DNA of 49,487 nt, the filler included, from Stramenopiles sp. TOSAG23-3 (taxonomy: Eukaryota), in assembly GCA_900128585.1 (NCBI GenBank). It is 4 parts of 4 records of this genome, joined end to end, with 100 filler letters (N's around TTAATTAATTAA, not from the genome) between each part and the next. Parts side by side here need not be neighbours in the genome. Positions count along the whole stretch, not along the records: positions 1 to 22,600 come from LT642330.1; 3 more parts are not named here. One strand, given 5' to 3'. Made by a program: the position numbers and the translations under genes. Shown one piece after another: positions 1-12,360 of the stretch. The notes beneath the pieces were generated by a model, which saw only the letters and a list, made by a program, of their open reading frames with translations, had not been told where the DNA came from and searched no databases. Each line of letters opens with the position of its first letter. The first letter of the stretch is position 1.

Positions 1-350
1 TTGTGAGTAGATCACTTCTTCGCTGAACTCATCAGAGTCATTTGGAGAATCGATCATCCCTTTATTGCCAGAACTCGAAGCGGCTAGACTTGTGTTGTGA
101 TTGCCTGGATCCGTATGACTCATTTGGTGTTGGGGGGGGGGGGGTTATCCGCGTCTCTGGAGTTGGGTCCAAATTCTAGAAAGCCCGGCCGGTGAAGCCC
201 TCGGTTACACTTAGCGGAGGTAGCTGTTGCTATATATATTGTGTTTAATTTTCAAAAAAACTATCATACCATTTGGTAGTTTATTCCCTTTTTCTGTTTG
301 TTAGTGTTCATCCACCAATCATAATCCGGCGAGGTTTGGCACCTCTGGAG
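1..350 (-). repeat. Decayed copy of the sequence at ~15920-16225 (transposon-associated)
   Basis: The reverse complement of 1-190 aligns by eye with 16040-16225, e.g. GGCAATAAAGGGATGATCGATTCTCCAAATGACTCTGATGAGTTCAGCGAAGAAGTGATCTACTC vs GGTAATAAAGGGAAGATTGATGCTCCAAGTGACTCTGATGGGTTCGGCGAAGAAGTGATCTACTC. Similarity beyond 200 is weak. Confidence 0.7.
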
Positions 351-522
351 GAAAGAAGCACGTAACTCGGCGACAATTCTATTCATCAAGCCAACCCCTC
401 ATGAAGCCCTACCAAACCGTTACTCCTTAATCCTTCCAAAAGGCCTGCTAGCATATGTACAAGATTTTCTTCTTCCTTTGAAGAATTATTCGCACTGACC
501 GGTAATACGCGGAATGTGACTT

Positions 523-2060
523 TTAATGGTTCAAACTGATGTTGCCGAAAGTGTTGTCGATATTTCCATCATCATTAAGTGGACCAGCTATTAACGTCTC
601 ACGGTTGTCATATGCCCAAAAACCATTAACATCAATTAAGATGCTTACAATAGTATGACCAACACCACTATCTATCAGATCTTTCAAAGTAATGCGATCT
701 TTTCTTTTTGGTTTTACCATATCAAAGATTTCATCGATAACATCAGCCGCACTATAGTCAATATCGACCATACGATCCATTACACACCGAAAAAATAAGC
801 GAATCGTTTCCACATTTATAAAACCACATTTGTCGATGTCTAATATTTTAAAAAACCATCTGAGTGCTTGGGGTGTTCGTTTATTTTCTATGGCAAGAGT
901 AAAATCCAAAAATGTTTTGTAGTCCATCTCGCTTTCTCCAGAAATCTCATTTTTGTATGTTCGACATTCCTCCCAAACACGAGTCAAAAATAAACTTGTT
1001 AACGAACCATGACTGTAGTGCGCAAGTTCGCTTTTACTCAACATACCTGTGTTAAAAATCATATTTACTTTGTTAGATGTTCTGGTTCAAGACAGTCATT
1101 AGAAGTAATTCCAGCGAAAATATACTTACCATTTTGGTCTGAATCTAAGGAGAGGTATGTACTGTAAACATGCAAAGCACAAACACCTGAAAACCAATTT
1201 CTTTCAATTTGAGCATCTGCATTCCCACCAATCACTTGCAGTTCTTTCATCTCTCGGTATAAGGAACTGGTTAGTACATCTTTGATAGACACTTTCTGCT
1301 GCCCACCTGGATCCAAAAAGAAAAATACTTTCCTCGATGCTGTAAAAACATAGAACATATGAAATTCTTCTGGCAATTTTTGTAATAATGGGACGGTTTG
1401 TAAAAAACGCAGGAAAAAGTTTTCAATATTGGCTTCGGACAGAAAGCCATCGTTGTTGGTGTCAAACATCGAAAATAAACCACGTTCACTACGCATGTCA
1501 CTACTGTTCTCCACATATTCGCAGAATAAAATATAGTCGACATTGCCGTGGCTGCTTCGTCTGCACTTTAAAAACGTCGACGGCAAAAAGAATTTTTCTG
1601 CACCCTTGGACATCTTGTACCCCAACTCTCTAAATGTTGTGTAACTTACACAGTTTTCAATTATTGAAATTGGCAATGGTGACGTGTCTTTCTTTGCAAC
1701 CATACTACCACCCCCAGTATGAAAATTAAAGGATTTTGATTTGTATGACGAACTCAACTTTTCTATCTCACTGAAAGGAAGGATATGTCTCGCTTTTTCA
1801 GATCGCAGCACGTTCTTAGAAATTTCTCTTAAAGAGGCAATAAAATGTTCTTGTGCAGACACATCATTAGGGGCGTAAAATTGACCAATCTGCCGCAAAT
1901 TTTGCTTAACCACCCCGCAGGATTTTCGTTGTTGAAAGATGCCCAAAAGGTCACCAGTGCAGCTCGGGCCAACGTGCCTTTCCGTCAATAAGAGCTCAGA
2001 ACCGGTAGAGAGTCGTCGTGCCCAAATAGGAAGGGCACTTTGCTTCTGTTCTTTCACCAT
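523..2060 (-). CDS. PPP2R3C: Protein phosphatase 2A regulatory subunit B'' gamma-like (EF-hand). Two exons: 2060-1130 and 1046-523
   Basis: Splicing out 1047-1129 joins the two ORFs in frame and gives the EF-hand YLSLDSDQNG|MLSKSEL. Motifs EMDYKTFLDF, DEIFDMVKP, ITLKDLI and DVNGFWAYDNRE are typical of the B''gamma subfamily. Confidence 0.85.
1047..1129 (-). other. 83-nt spliceosomal intron
   Basis: Minus strand reads AATG|GTAAGT...AACACAG|GTATG. Removal restores a GGT (Gly) codon and the EF-hand loop. Confidence 0.85.
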
Positions 2061-3129
2061 GTTTGAATTATACCAAAAAACTATAGCGCAGAAACGACTC
2101 TAATCGTTCAAAAAAAACAATCGTTCAAAAGGTACGATGTAATGGGCACTACATACTGAAAGTGAGCACTGGAACCTGTTATTGCTTGTCTAACAGAACT
2201 ACTGCGAGTTGGAATATGAAAGTAGTAATGTGGCTCGCATCAGGAAAATACCAAATATAAATAAGCAATAGAGTAGTGTCGTCTACACACAACAAAATAC
2301 GAGCAATTGACAAATGCTCCACTTTTCTGTTAAACATTTTTTCTTTTAAATAAAATTGAAATAGTTTGTAGTATTCCTTAAAATTATTCTTCAAGTACAA
2401 CGATATCCTCTCCATTTGCCTGATCACAGGCCATTATTATTCATAGGATAGCACTATTCTGGCCTGAGTGTGGTTATTTTTATCAATAATTAGCTAAGGT
2501 CGAGTTCATCTCTCTTCGCTACTCCAACCACATTCAATACTATAATACTACATCGAGTTCTTTATGGCAAGTGGCCAGATGAATTTTTTTTGATTTTTTA
2601 ACATCAATTTAGCACTGACCTAAATTGATAGCGTTGTGCAGCATTCGATTATACGTTAAGGAAGGAACATTTGGGCTTCATCAATCGATCAACCGTTACG
2701 AAAGAAGGAAGAAAAAATGCGATGGTGATGATGGATGATAAGCAACCGACAGGACCCAGGACCCAGACAAAAAAGTTTGGTATTTGAGGGCAGATTGTAG
2801 TTGATGCTGTATGCCTTCTATTTGTAATATGATAGGGGGAATAATGTTTTTACAATACATATTCATAGTATTATTAGAGAAATTGATCGATCATAATATT
2901 AACTAATTCCATATAAAATGGTGTGTACGGTACCGTACCTGTAGTCGAGCGTTTTTTCGTACGCTTGGTCCGTCTTGGCTGGCAATGGTCGTCCATAGCT
3001 TACCGGCGTGCGTCCGGCACGAAAAATAAAACCGGTTTGTGTCAGTTACCTACTAAAAAGAGCACCCAGAAATTGCCTCACAAATGCCAATTCCCTGATT
3101 GGTTCACAAGACAGACAGCACCTTTAAAA

Positions 3130-3395
3130 CATTCACGCCGCTGCTTGGAAAACCACACAAGGAATGATTAATCTATGAGTGAGATATTGGATGAGGAAAG
3201 AGTTGATTATGGGTCTTATGGAGTTAACGCGTTTTCACTCACCGATTCGTATCATGCATGGAGTAAATATGAAAAGGATAGTCAAGACTAAGTAACAAGG
3301 ATATATTGATTACTAAAATCACACCAGTAGAGTTCAGTTTGCAGTACATTAATTTTAATTACACTTTAAATAACAGCCAATTTTCTTGTTTAAAA
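3130..3395 (+). repeat. Dispersed repeat family copy
   Basis: Colinear with the reverse complement of ~19800-20120 (ATTCACGCCGCTGCTTGGAAA...GAGTGAGATAT(C/T)GGATGAGGAA...TCAAGACTAAGTAACAA...AAATAACAGCCAATTTT). Confidence 0.85.
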
Positions 3396-3601
3396 ATCGT
3401 TACCAGGTTTCTAAAATCGTTCAATATATAATTTGTTTTTTCATACACACGCATTTATTTTGAAAATTTAAATCAGGTTAAACCGAATTATATGTCCAGG
3501 ACGTCTTTTCAACCAAATGTATTCTGATTCTGGTCGTATATACATACATAAATATATGCAACTTCTGGAAATCTAAATCGGTTAAAGACTATAATCCATT
3601 T

Positions 3602-3979
3602 TCAGGACGCGTTCGTAAATTTGCTGACTTTGCTGCCTTTAACAAGCTTGAAGTGAACTGTATCATTACGCGAAAGCCCGAATGATCTAATTGATACAGC
3701 ATCGCCATGCAAATAAATAATCTCTTCCTCGCATTCCCGCCAAAATATTGGGTTCATTGATTTTGGTAACTTCAAAGCAGCTATGACCAAAAGCTTGAGG
3801 TCTAGCACAGTGTCATCATCCGCAATTTCTAGGTCAATCTTAAGTTTTTGTGTAACTGTGCATGTCCTTAGTTCAGTTGGCAGTTCTAAACCCACAACTG
3901 ATATCAGAAGATACACTCGTGACTTTGCAGCCTCTTCTTCAACCCTGGCTTCTTCGGCCCATTTGTATGCATTAGCCAT
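3602..3979 (-). CDS. Small protein with probable ubiquitin-like domain (~125 aa from ATG at 3979)
   Basis: IDLEIADDDTVLDLKLLV ... LHGDAVSIRSFGLSRNDTVHFKLV follows the beta-grasp/UBL pattern (TVxxLK; LxDxxxxxxxGLxxxDTVH). Confidence 0.6.
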   Translation of the reverse strand: MANAYKWAEEARVEEEAAKSRVYLLISVVGLELPTELRTCTVTQKLKIDLEIADDDTVLDLKLLVIAALKLPKSMNPIFWRECEEEIIYLHGDAVSIRSFGLSRNDTVHFKLVKGSKVSKFTNAS

Positions 3980-4934
3980 AACAGCCACGTTACACCAGGG
4001 CAACAGTACAAATATGAAATCGAAGTCAGCCGTTTGGTAATATTACCAGCTGATTCTAGACTGTTTGTAACGGAGTGTGTATCTAATCCATTCCCTCAGT
4101 GGTCATGTACCGAAGACAGAAGAAGTACAAAAACAACAGTTAATTGAAGAACAAAATAACATCATAAAGTTATTGTCGTCGCGGTACTCACAAAAATTTC
4201 CCGAGCGGTGATCATAACTACCGCGCAACTTTCATAGTCACTCTTCGAGACTTTTGATGTCGTAGGGTGTGGGTTGTTGTTTTCTTCAGCAGCCATCATC
4301 ATTTATAAACGGCTTTTTCCCACGGGAGGGGAGGGCGGGTCATGCCCGATTTTTTGTGACTTTTCTAAAATCCCCTTAAAATATATGATGATCCTTACAG
4401 ACAGACGCCTACCTGACAGGACCATTTATTTATTTTTCGTTTTTTTGTTTGTTATTTGTTGATGATTGTTGACTCATCCATTTTCAGAGTATGCCTTAAT
4501 ATACTCACGAATGACTTTTAAAAAAAGTTACTATGGGAATAAGATAGAAAACGAAGCGATAAATTATATAAACAGCAGTTGTTAGTTACCCGATCCCCGC
4601 AGCACATCCCATCCCTACTTGTTCGAAGTTCGTAGTTCGCTGCCTAACATTCTTGGTAGTTGTAACTTCGTGCTTGTTTTTTCTAAATTATAGTCGGAAT
4701 CAGTATACAAATACATCTAAAATTAATACTTAATTACAAAACAATTTCGAAGTGCTATAATAAATTGATTCGACAATACATATATATTTGTACTTAATTA
4801 ATACACATGGGACTTATCTCTCTAGAAGTCCTCTGGGCAGTTTTTCTAAATTATAACTTTAAATGTTTCCATTTGATTTGTAAAGGAAACAAAAACCTAA
4901 TTCAGTTTATCTTAATTATAAGTAAATGCAAATC

Positions 4935-5300
4935 CTAAATTAAGAACAAAAAATTGGCCGTATTTAAGTAATTAAAAATTATCTTCTTCAAATACTGCGA
5001 AAGTGAATTTGCTTCTTTTGTCCATTAAAGGTTTACGTTCCTTCATATACCACGAAAGTGAATCTGTTCCTTTTGTCCTTTAACGGTTTACGTTCCTTCG
5101 TATACTGCGAAATTATCTCTTCTCCTGTGATTTTACTAATCAAAATATACTCTTGTCAATCATTCCCTGGTGTACTCATGCATGATCCGAATCGGTGTTT
5201 GGATTTGCGACGATGTAAAATGACCCGAATTTAACTTCCTCATCCGATGCCTCACTAATCCTAAAATTAAAAACAAAAAACTGGCTATTATTAAAGTAAA
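4935..5300 (-). repeat. Dispersed repeat family copy with an internal ~57-bp tandem duplication
   Basis: 5185-5256 is near-identical to 19709-19781 (GATCCGAATCGGTGTTTGGATTTGCGACGATGT.AAATGACCCGAA.TTAACTTCCTCATCCGATGCCTCACT). Confidence 0.85.
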
Positions 5301-5940
5301 AAAACTAAGTCAATTTAGTTTATTTGTTTTATAACTGAAGTAAACGTGTTTCAATTTGATGTTAAACCACTCGAGGTTAATTTGATGTTAGACCATTCAG
5401 GTTATTTTTTCTTTTTTCAATTTCGAACATTATTATAAGTATTAAAAACCAAAAAAAACTAATTCAGTTTTTATCTACATTTGTTGAAGTAAAGTAAATG
5501 TTTTCATTTGATTGTAACCACTCAGGTTAACTTACCCCCCCCCGTTCTCCATTTTCTTTATTAGATATGACAAATTATATAGTATATTTTAATACACTCA
5601 AAAAAAAAGAAGTTAAAACCGTTCAAGAACCCAAACTCCTCCTTGTTCCAGAATACGAAAAAATATTCTGATGAACTATCATAAGGCAAGATTGTTTGAG
5701 ACAGCGGCCATTAAAGTGAATTAAGTATTTTTTACTTTATTATATAATAAAACACAGCATCGTCTCGACCCTGGTAGTAATATCTTCGGATGAAGACACA
5801 GGGAATCAGAGCGTTGCCAGCAGGACGAGATCCCAACGGGCACGCCAACGAACCTCGTNNNNNNNNNNNNNNNNNNNNNNNNNNNNNNNNNNNNNNNNNN
5901 NNNNNNNNNNNNNNNNNNNNNNNNNNNNNNNNNNNNNNNN

Positions 5941-6720
5941 GCTGCTTGGAAGATGGTACAAGGATTGAGTTATCTCTGAGTGAGATATCGGATGAGGCCG
6001 TTAACGGACAAATGGAATCGTTCATTGGAAATTAAATCATCCCCTCGGTGATTGATAACCAACAACGAAATAAAATTACAGAATCAAGTTAGGATTAGGG
6101 TATGGGAAAGCTAAATTTAATATAAAAACAAGAAAATTGGCTGTTAGACTATTTATTAAGTAATGTACTGCGAACTGATCTCTACTGTTGTGATTTTAAT
6201 AATCAATATACCCCTTGTCACTTAGTCTTGAATATCATTTGCATGTGTACTCCATTTTCCTCTCTGATAAAACTGAAATTAATATATATAGAGTTAGGAT
6301 TAGGGTATGAGGAAGCTAAATTTAATTACTTAAATAACAGCCAATTTTCTTGTTTTATCTATAAGAGTAACTATGACATACTTTTTGTAGTTTTTTTTGA
6401 CCTTGAGTGGGTGGTTTAACATCGTGTCAAATTGAAACATTTTACTTGGTTTTGTAATTTTGTTTCGTTGTTGGTTGTCAATCACTGAGGAGATATATAT
6501 TCCAATGAACAATTTAATTCCTTTTGTCCGTTAACGGCCTCATCCGATATCTCACTCAAAGGTAAATCAATCCTTGTACGATTTAGATCTGAAAAAAATT
6601 AAAATTGGCTGTGTTATTTTTAAAAGTAATGAGAGTCTTAAAGCATACTAATTATAATTTGTTTTGGGTTAAAAAGTAATTAAGATTAGCTTCCTCATAT
6701 ACCGCGAAAATGAATTCTAC
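5941..6720. repeat. Cluster of repeat-family modules in both orientations, including an imperfect inverted pair (~5955-6090 / ~6440-6580)
   Basis: GAGTGAGATATCGGATGAGGCCGTTAACGGACAAA...TTCATTGGAA...GTGATTGA.AACCAACAACGAAA.AAAATTACA occurs on + at ~5978-6080 and on - at ~6455-6557. It follows an 82-N gap (5859-5940). Confidence 0.8.
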
Positions 6721-6815
6721 TAGATCTGAATTTAGTTTTTTTTAATATATTGTAGAAGAGTGATTAAATTCAATATCACCGAGCGCACTTTCTTTTCGCA
6801 GCACCTATGTTAGTA

Positions 6816-9800
6816 TCATTTGCGTTCGTTAATCTTCGACTTTAACAAATAAATACTCTGATTCAGCGTTTTTTTCATTTCGCTGTCTAAACATTTGTTG
6901 CTTATTCGATCAATTGCATTTTGTACAGTTAGTAGTGTAGCTTTGCAACTTTCAATCAACTGAGATTCTGGTAGCAGAGTTGTTAATTTGGTAAGTTGCT
7001 TTGAAGTTTGGACTATTTTCTTAACTAATGACTCGTCGTCCGCCCACCCTTCTTCGCTTTTCAGCATACGCAATTCACTTGAGCAACATTCCCGCGCCAT
7101 TTCAAGGTTTCCTAGTGCAATGCATAATTCTGCGTACAGTGCCCATATTACAGGCGAAGTAGAAATGGATGAAGTAGCACTTTCAAAAACTTTTTGAAGA
7201 CGGGGGGCATACACAGAAGCTTTTTTGTTGAAATTGTCAACCATTTTGTCCTGCTCTGCGTCAGTCAAGTCATTTAAAATATCAGGGTTGCCGTCGCTAG
7301 CCAAAGACTTTACAATAATATTCGTAAGGACATTCAGCGACTCCAAGTCAAGGGGCGAATTGTTTTTTCCAGATTTCTCAATCCGTTTGTGACGTAAAGA
7401 GAGCAGCTGTTCCTGGGCGTATAATGCTCGCCCATATCTTTTCGTGCGAACACTTAAGACTAGAAAGTTTTCCCACATTTTCCAGTTTTGTCGCTGATGC
7501 TTCAGACCCTGTTCAAACGCATTGTACGCTTCTTCAAGACGGTTTAAATGGCAAAATACTGCACCCATGTTTCCCCACGCCTCACCATCTGACGGTTCCA
7601 GTCGTGCACAATTTGTCCACGCACGTAATGCTACACCCCAATCCTCGATGCGCATTGCTGCTGTTCCGACACGCCACCATGCATGATGTTCTTGTGGGCG
7701 TACTGACAGAGATGCCAGATAGCATTTATTAGCTTTCTTCCATTCGCACCTTTGAAAATATCTTTTTCCTAGTAGCCTCATCGCTCGGGCATATCGCCCA
7801 TTCGATAATGCCCACGCTTTCTCAAAATGCAAATCTTCGTTTTCAAGTTCCCCCAGGCAACACCATAACATTGGCGATGGCCGGACCTGTAGCCGGTTTT
7901 GAACGATATCCAACGCTTCCTTATCTTTTTGAGTATCCAGCAAGCACTGAACCACATCTTCCCACAATTCAAGCTCGCGATATATCTCCAACGCACTCTG
8001 TTTGACGTGAATTTCCATGTAGCGATCAGCAAGTTCGCGTTTTAACGTCCATATAGGGGGCATGCTGACTGCATATATTAAAGCCATTCTCTCCGAGCAT
8101 GGTGCACACACATCAGTCGTTGCTACCTGACCAGGAGACAGTCGACCAATATGTTGGTCAACAAGAGCTTGAAGCTGCAACACAGATCTTTCTTTCGTCT
8201 TCCACCGTTCAAACTCTACAAGCGCTTTCAGTACAAGTGCAGACGAATGCACCATCCAGTTTCGATTGTTTTGAGTAGCCATCACACGAGCAATGTATGC
8301 TGCCATTTGCTCATTTGTAAGCCCATCTCTAGGATTAGTATTCTTTACATCAACGCAAAGCCCCAGAATGATGGCTTGGTCAATGATCTCCAAATCTGCT
8401 TTGTACACATTTTCTTCAGTAAATTCAATATGTTCTCGTAAATTTGTGTTGTCGTCTACCTCAGACAATAAAATTTCTTTCACCCCGGCAGCAGCCAACT
8501 CATCTTCCCTACTGTCACAAAGCAACTTTTCCTTGTCATCGCTAAATGCGGAAAGGGACGATTCGGCTTTAACAACCATCTGTGCTGTTTTCTTTTCCTG
8601 CCAAATTCCCCGCAGGCCCATTGACCCAGTTAAGTTAACAGACAATTTTCTCTTCAGCTGCGCTTGCCTAATACTAGTTTTCCCCCCATCCGAATCATTG
8701 TAGTAATGCTGTGCTAGCCCCCACTCCAAGAAAAGTTGTGAGAAAACTGTACTAACGTTTGATTCTTCAGTCTCCCGCCCAATTTCGGCTCGAAAATTTT
8801 GAATCGCAACTTTGAACTGCTTTGCAGTAATTGTTTTCATCAAATAACACCCTTCTAAACCAGTTATCAAACTTCGGTGATGGATAACGGTTGCACGCCC
8901 ACACCACCACGGTCTCGTTGTAAAACTATGCGCGGCAGTCTTCATCATCGCAAATTTTTCATCCTGCTTGTGAAAACCCCTAGAGGGATTAACTTTCCAC
9001 CCCAGATGCATACTCTGGGAATTGTCAAACGCTTGCAGTACAATATTTGCACAGAGTAAATATTCTGGCAATTGACAGTATGAAAATAAATTGTAACCCT
9101 CCATGCCCAGTATGTTCCGTATCAAACATCTCCAACTCTCTATCGATTCGACGTGATCTGATGTTGGATTGCATTGTTGAAGAGGTAGTGGGTTGAAGCC
9201 CTTACTCAAATTAACAGGGGGGCCAGTCCAATTTGCCTGAACATAAACATTTAAGCACGAAGCACCGACAACTAATAGTTCAAAAGCGCGAGCGCGTGCA
9301 TATATCTGTTTTACCCAATAACCAAGTAAACTTGTGTCTTCGGTAATACTACCAGTTCCAACGCTGCCATCTACAACTTCGCTTGCGTATTTTGCGACTT
9401 TGTCTTGAAGCACCGTGCAAGAAATATGTATATCTTGCTCTTTCAGTATTTGATCTTTCGGCCCCATCACGGACGCGTCCTTTTTAGAGAACAGATTTTC
9501 ATATATTGTGTTGTCATGCAAAATAGATAGGTAACGGCCATCTCTGAATAAAGCAACCAAGTTCGCAAGCCTTTCAAAAACTGGTTTAATACTATACGGA
9601 AGACTACTTATCCACGATCTCAGGGTAGTAAGCTTGTAGTAAGGCCCTAACAAAAATAACTCGTAATTAAAAAAACCATTTTCATACACACTCTTTATTT
9701 TTATCAAATCAGGATCGTCGTGTATCTGACTGTTCTTTAACGTTTGTTCTTTTCCCGCAAGAACAGCTATCTTGCTGAGCGTTGTAAAAATGTCGTCTTC

Positions 9801-9818
9801 ATCATCAGATGAACTCAT
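6816..9818 (-). CDS. TTC27: TPR-repeat protein TTC27/Emw1 family (likely start MSSSDDEDD at 9818)
   Basis: Family-typical motifs VQANWTGP, LTGSMGLRGIWQEKKTAQMVV, NWMVHSSALVLKA, ERSVLQLQALVDQ, SALEIYRELELW and FEKAWALSNGRYARA, followed by TPRs (EAWGNMGAV, NWKMWEN). Confidence 0.85.
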   Translation of the reverse strand: MSSSDDEDDIFTTLSKIAVLAGKEQTLKNSQIHDDPDLIKIKSVYENGFFNYELFLLGPYYKLTTLRSWISSLPYSIKPVFERLANLVALFRDGRYLSILHDNTIYENLFSKKDASVMGPKDQILKEQDIHISCTVLQDKVAKYASEVVDGSVGTGSITEDTSLLGYWVKQIYARARAFELLVVGASCLNVYVQANWTGPPVNLSKGFNPLPLQQCNPTSDHVESIESWRCLIRNILGMEGYNLFSYCQLPEYLLCANIVLQAFDNSQSMHLGWKVNPSRGFHKQDEKFAMMKTAAHSFTTRPWWCGRATVIHHRSLITGLEGCYLMKTITAKQFKVAIQNFRAEIGRETEESNVSTVFSQLFLEWGLAQHYYNDSDGGKTSIRQAQLKRKLSVNLTGSMGLRGIWQEKKTAQMVVKAESSLSAFSDDKEKLLCDSREDELAAAGVKEILLSEVDDNTNLREHIEFTEENVYKADLEIIDQAIILGLCVDVKNTNPRDGLTNEQMAAYIARVMATQNNRNWMVHSSALVLKALVEFERWKTKERSVLQLQALVDQHIGRLSPGQVATTDVCAPCSERMALIYAVSMPPIWTLKRELADRYMEIHVKQSALEIYRELELWEDVVQCLLDTQKDKEALDIVQNRLQVRPSPMLWCCLGELENEDLHFEKAWALSNGRYARAMRLLGKRYFQRCEWKKANKCYLASLSVRPQEHHAWWRVGTAAMRIEDWGVALRAWTNCARLEPSDGEAWGNMGAVFCHLNRLEEAYNAFEQGLKHQRQNWKMWENFLVLSVRTKRYGRALYAQEQLLSLRHKRIEKSGKNNSPLDLESLNVLTNIIVKSLASDGNPDILNDLTDAEQDKMVDNFNKKASVYAPRLQKVFESATSSISTSPVIWALYAELCIALGNLEMARECCSSELRMLKSEEGWADDESLVKKIVQTSKQLTKLTTLLPESQLIESCKATLLTVQNAIDRISNKCLDSEMKKTLNQSIYLLKSKINERK

Positions 9819-10680
9819 TGAAAGCCTGGTTAACTTCAGAGCGCGTGTTCTCTGTGCATTTATATGCTTGTTTGCCAAAAGATAATAGTGTACTGTTGTC
9901 AAACATGTTTGAGGGTAGGCGACATCATACGTGGTAAATTCTGGATTCCTACTACCACATTTTTCTTTTCACAAAAGTTTGATAATTATTGTTGATAACT
10001 CGAAGAACCTCTGGCACGGATGACCCGCCGTAGATAGATATTGTGATTTTAAGGCACAGGATTTCGTGCGTTTTTAGTTGTAATTGTAACATATTTCAAG
10101 TAACATACGTATTAATTTATCATCATTATATCGTCCTGATCTGAATTAATTTGTTCCAGACCCTACTGTACACTTCCTTCCCCCCTAAATTTAATATTTG
10201 TTATGGATAATACCTTAATACTAATATTTATTACTAAATAAAATTTTATTATATATTCCTTATTATTTAGTGAACACTTTGAATCCATTTTTCTACTGTT
10301 ACCAGTTGCTCTATTTCTATTTTCCTAGGAGCATATGGAAAAAAACAAAACCACAAATGATATATAGATACTGTAGTTCAGTTTTAACTCCTTGAGCGGG
10401 CACTCGTTAGCTCCTATTATGGAGACTACAATATGAAGTTATCCAGGTAATCTCGCGGCCAGGAACACAGGAGTCAAAAATCTTCAATGACTGAATTTTC
10501 AGTTCATTTATATTTTATAATCTCGCATTTCCCATCGTTTCTTCCTGCTGGTCATTTTACTCTATGCTATTCCAATGCTAACATTTTGTTAAAATAATTA
10601 AAAAAGAAAAACAGTTCAAAAGGAGGTGCCTGTGTACAGTATGTAAACCACGAAATTACTGTATTAAAATTTTGTATTAA

Positions 10681-11488
10681 GGGGGAGGTCTAGTGATTTT
10701 CGATAAAATGCGAAAAAAGTTCCTCACGTAAATATTTGTTGTAGTGATAAAAATTGATGTTGGATTTCGCGACGAATGAAGAAATGATGATATGTTTTGC
10801 CACAATGTTATTACCTGTATTTTTATTTTATAAAATTAATAAAATGAATCCGACCGAGACAAGATTTGGTTGTTGGACGTTTTCACACTCCAATTCAAAC
10901 TTTTCGCCATAACTTTTGCACCTTTACCCACAATTTTATTACTAACCATATCTCTAGTGCAGAGATAACTCCTCAACCTTTATCAACACTGACGGACATT
11001 CTGAAGAAAAGAGGTTATGGAGCATGTTTTTTATATATTTTTAGTGCAAACGACGGAAAACTTATCAACTTAGAGTTGACAATCACCATTATATAACGCT
11101 GATTTCGCACGAAGAGATTTTTCACTAAAACAATACACATAGTCTTTTTACAAAACAAATATATAGGAAAGACGCCCCATCAAGTCCTCTCTTCAGAATG
11201 TCCACCAGTGTAGATAATGGTTGATTAGTTCTCGCAGCACTAGAGATGCGGTTTGTAATATTAGTAACAAATTGTCAATTCAATTTACATACTTTGTCAT
11301 TTCAACCTTTGAATTTGTTGTTTGTTTTCATTGTAAGCAATCATTTTATAACAGATGCTGTACTATGTATATATACCGCATATATAGAGTTATCATTGAG
11401 TATTGCAATATTTTATGTTGTTGGTCAATCTCAAGCACCGGTAACTACTTCATTACTCCTAAATTCAAAAAATCACTAGACCTCCCCC
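10681..11488. mobile_element. Non-autonomous TIR DNA transposon, Kolobok-like (808 bp)
   Basis: Perfect inverted repeat AGGGGGAGGTCTAGTGATTTT (10680-10700) / AAAATCACTAGACCTCCCCCT (11469-11489). Flanks are TTAA (left) and TGAA (right). The interior is AT-rich and non-coding. TTAA TSD with purine 5' termini is the Kolobok pattern. Confidence 0.7.
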
Positions 11489-12196
11489 TGAAACATTTAT
11501 ACTTCTGAAGTAAAAAAAGACAATACAACATCTTGATAGAATATATTTAAATTTCGTATTAAAATTTATACTTATGTATAGACAAGAATGACAAACAATA
11601 CAACAAAGTCAAAGGACATATTAAATATGGATTTGAATAATACTATAGTTGAAATTAAGGTTAAAACCTCAAAAGTATCGCACTTTTCGTGTTCCGTTTT
11701 TACAAAATTTATACTGCAGCCAAGTTTTTTCTTCTTCGTCTTCTTCAGGTACGATCAATAGCTTTTTGCTCTCGATACCTTAATGATTAATTCGTGGTCG
11801 TTGAGAACTCCAGGATTGGCAATTTATAGTTACTAAAAATACAATTTAATTGATATTTCCTTAATCCCATCATCCGTTTACATTGTCCTTTTTTTACTTC
11901 GCGAACGACGTCCAAGCCTAATCCCATGTATTTCTGAAATTGCTTCCCAATAACCCGATTTACACCGCACATCATTGGCGAAATGATGATCATGTCGTAG
12001 TATATGGTATCGTTATGTAAAATAAAATTTGGTTTTCGAGAGCTTTATTTACATCCAATAGGATGAACGAAACTTAATTTCACCAACTACAGGCAATAGC
12101 GCAAAAATAGATTTTCGGGATTTCTTTGAGAGTAAAACAAAAATCTGCTGTTCCGACTTCACGTCGTTCTGCAATTAAACTTTATGTTCTAGTCTA

Positions 12197-12360
12197 TCCA
12201 AGTGATTCATGTCGCATTTTAAAATTATTTTGGAAACCAACATCCCTTTTACCTTTTTCGTTTTGTATTCTAATGTGTTTTGATTGGGATATTTATTACA
12301 TAGGCATATCATTGGGTTGGTTTCCAAAATAATTTTAAAATGCGACATGAATCACTTGGT
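12197..12360. mobile_element. Short hairpin/MITE-like element with 44-bp perfect inverted repeats
   Basis: 12198-12241 CCAAGTGATTCATGTCGCATTTTAAAATTATTTTGGAAACCAAC is the exact reverse complement of 12316-12359. The spacer is 74 bp and TA flanks both sides. Confidence 0.7.

Noticed and set aside
2925..2938. 14-bp palindrome GTACGGTACCGTAC
   Set aside because: Isolated, with no second copy or context indicating function.
4320..4380. G-rich stretch ending CCCCTTAA as another TIR terminus
   Set aside because: No matching opposite terminus was found in the contig.
6088..6306. TTAGGATTAGGG as telomere
   Set aside because: Only about 2 units, internal, and part of the dispersed repeat module.
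11760..12190. Minus-strand peptide ILRHDHHFANDVRCKSGYWEAISEIHG resembling a MADF/Myb-like helix
   Set aside because: Too short and surrounded by stops. The resemblance cannot be supported without a profile search.
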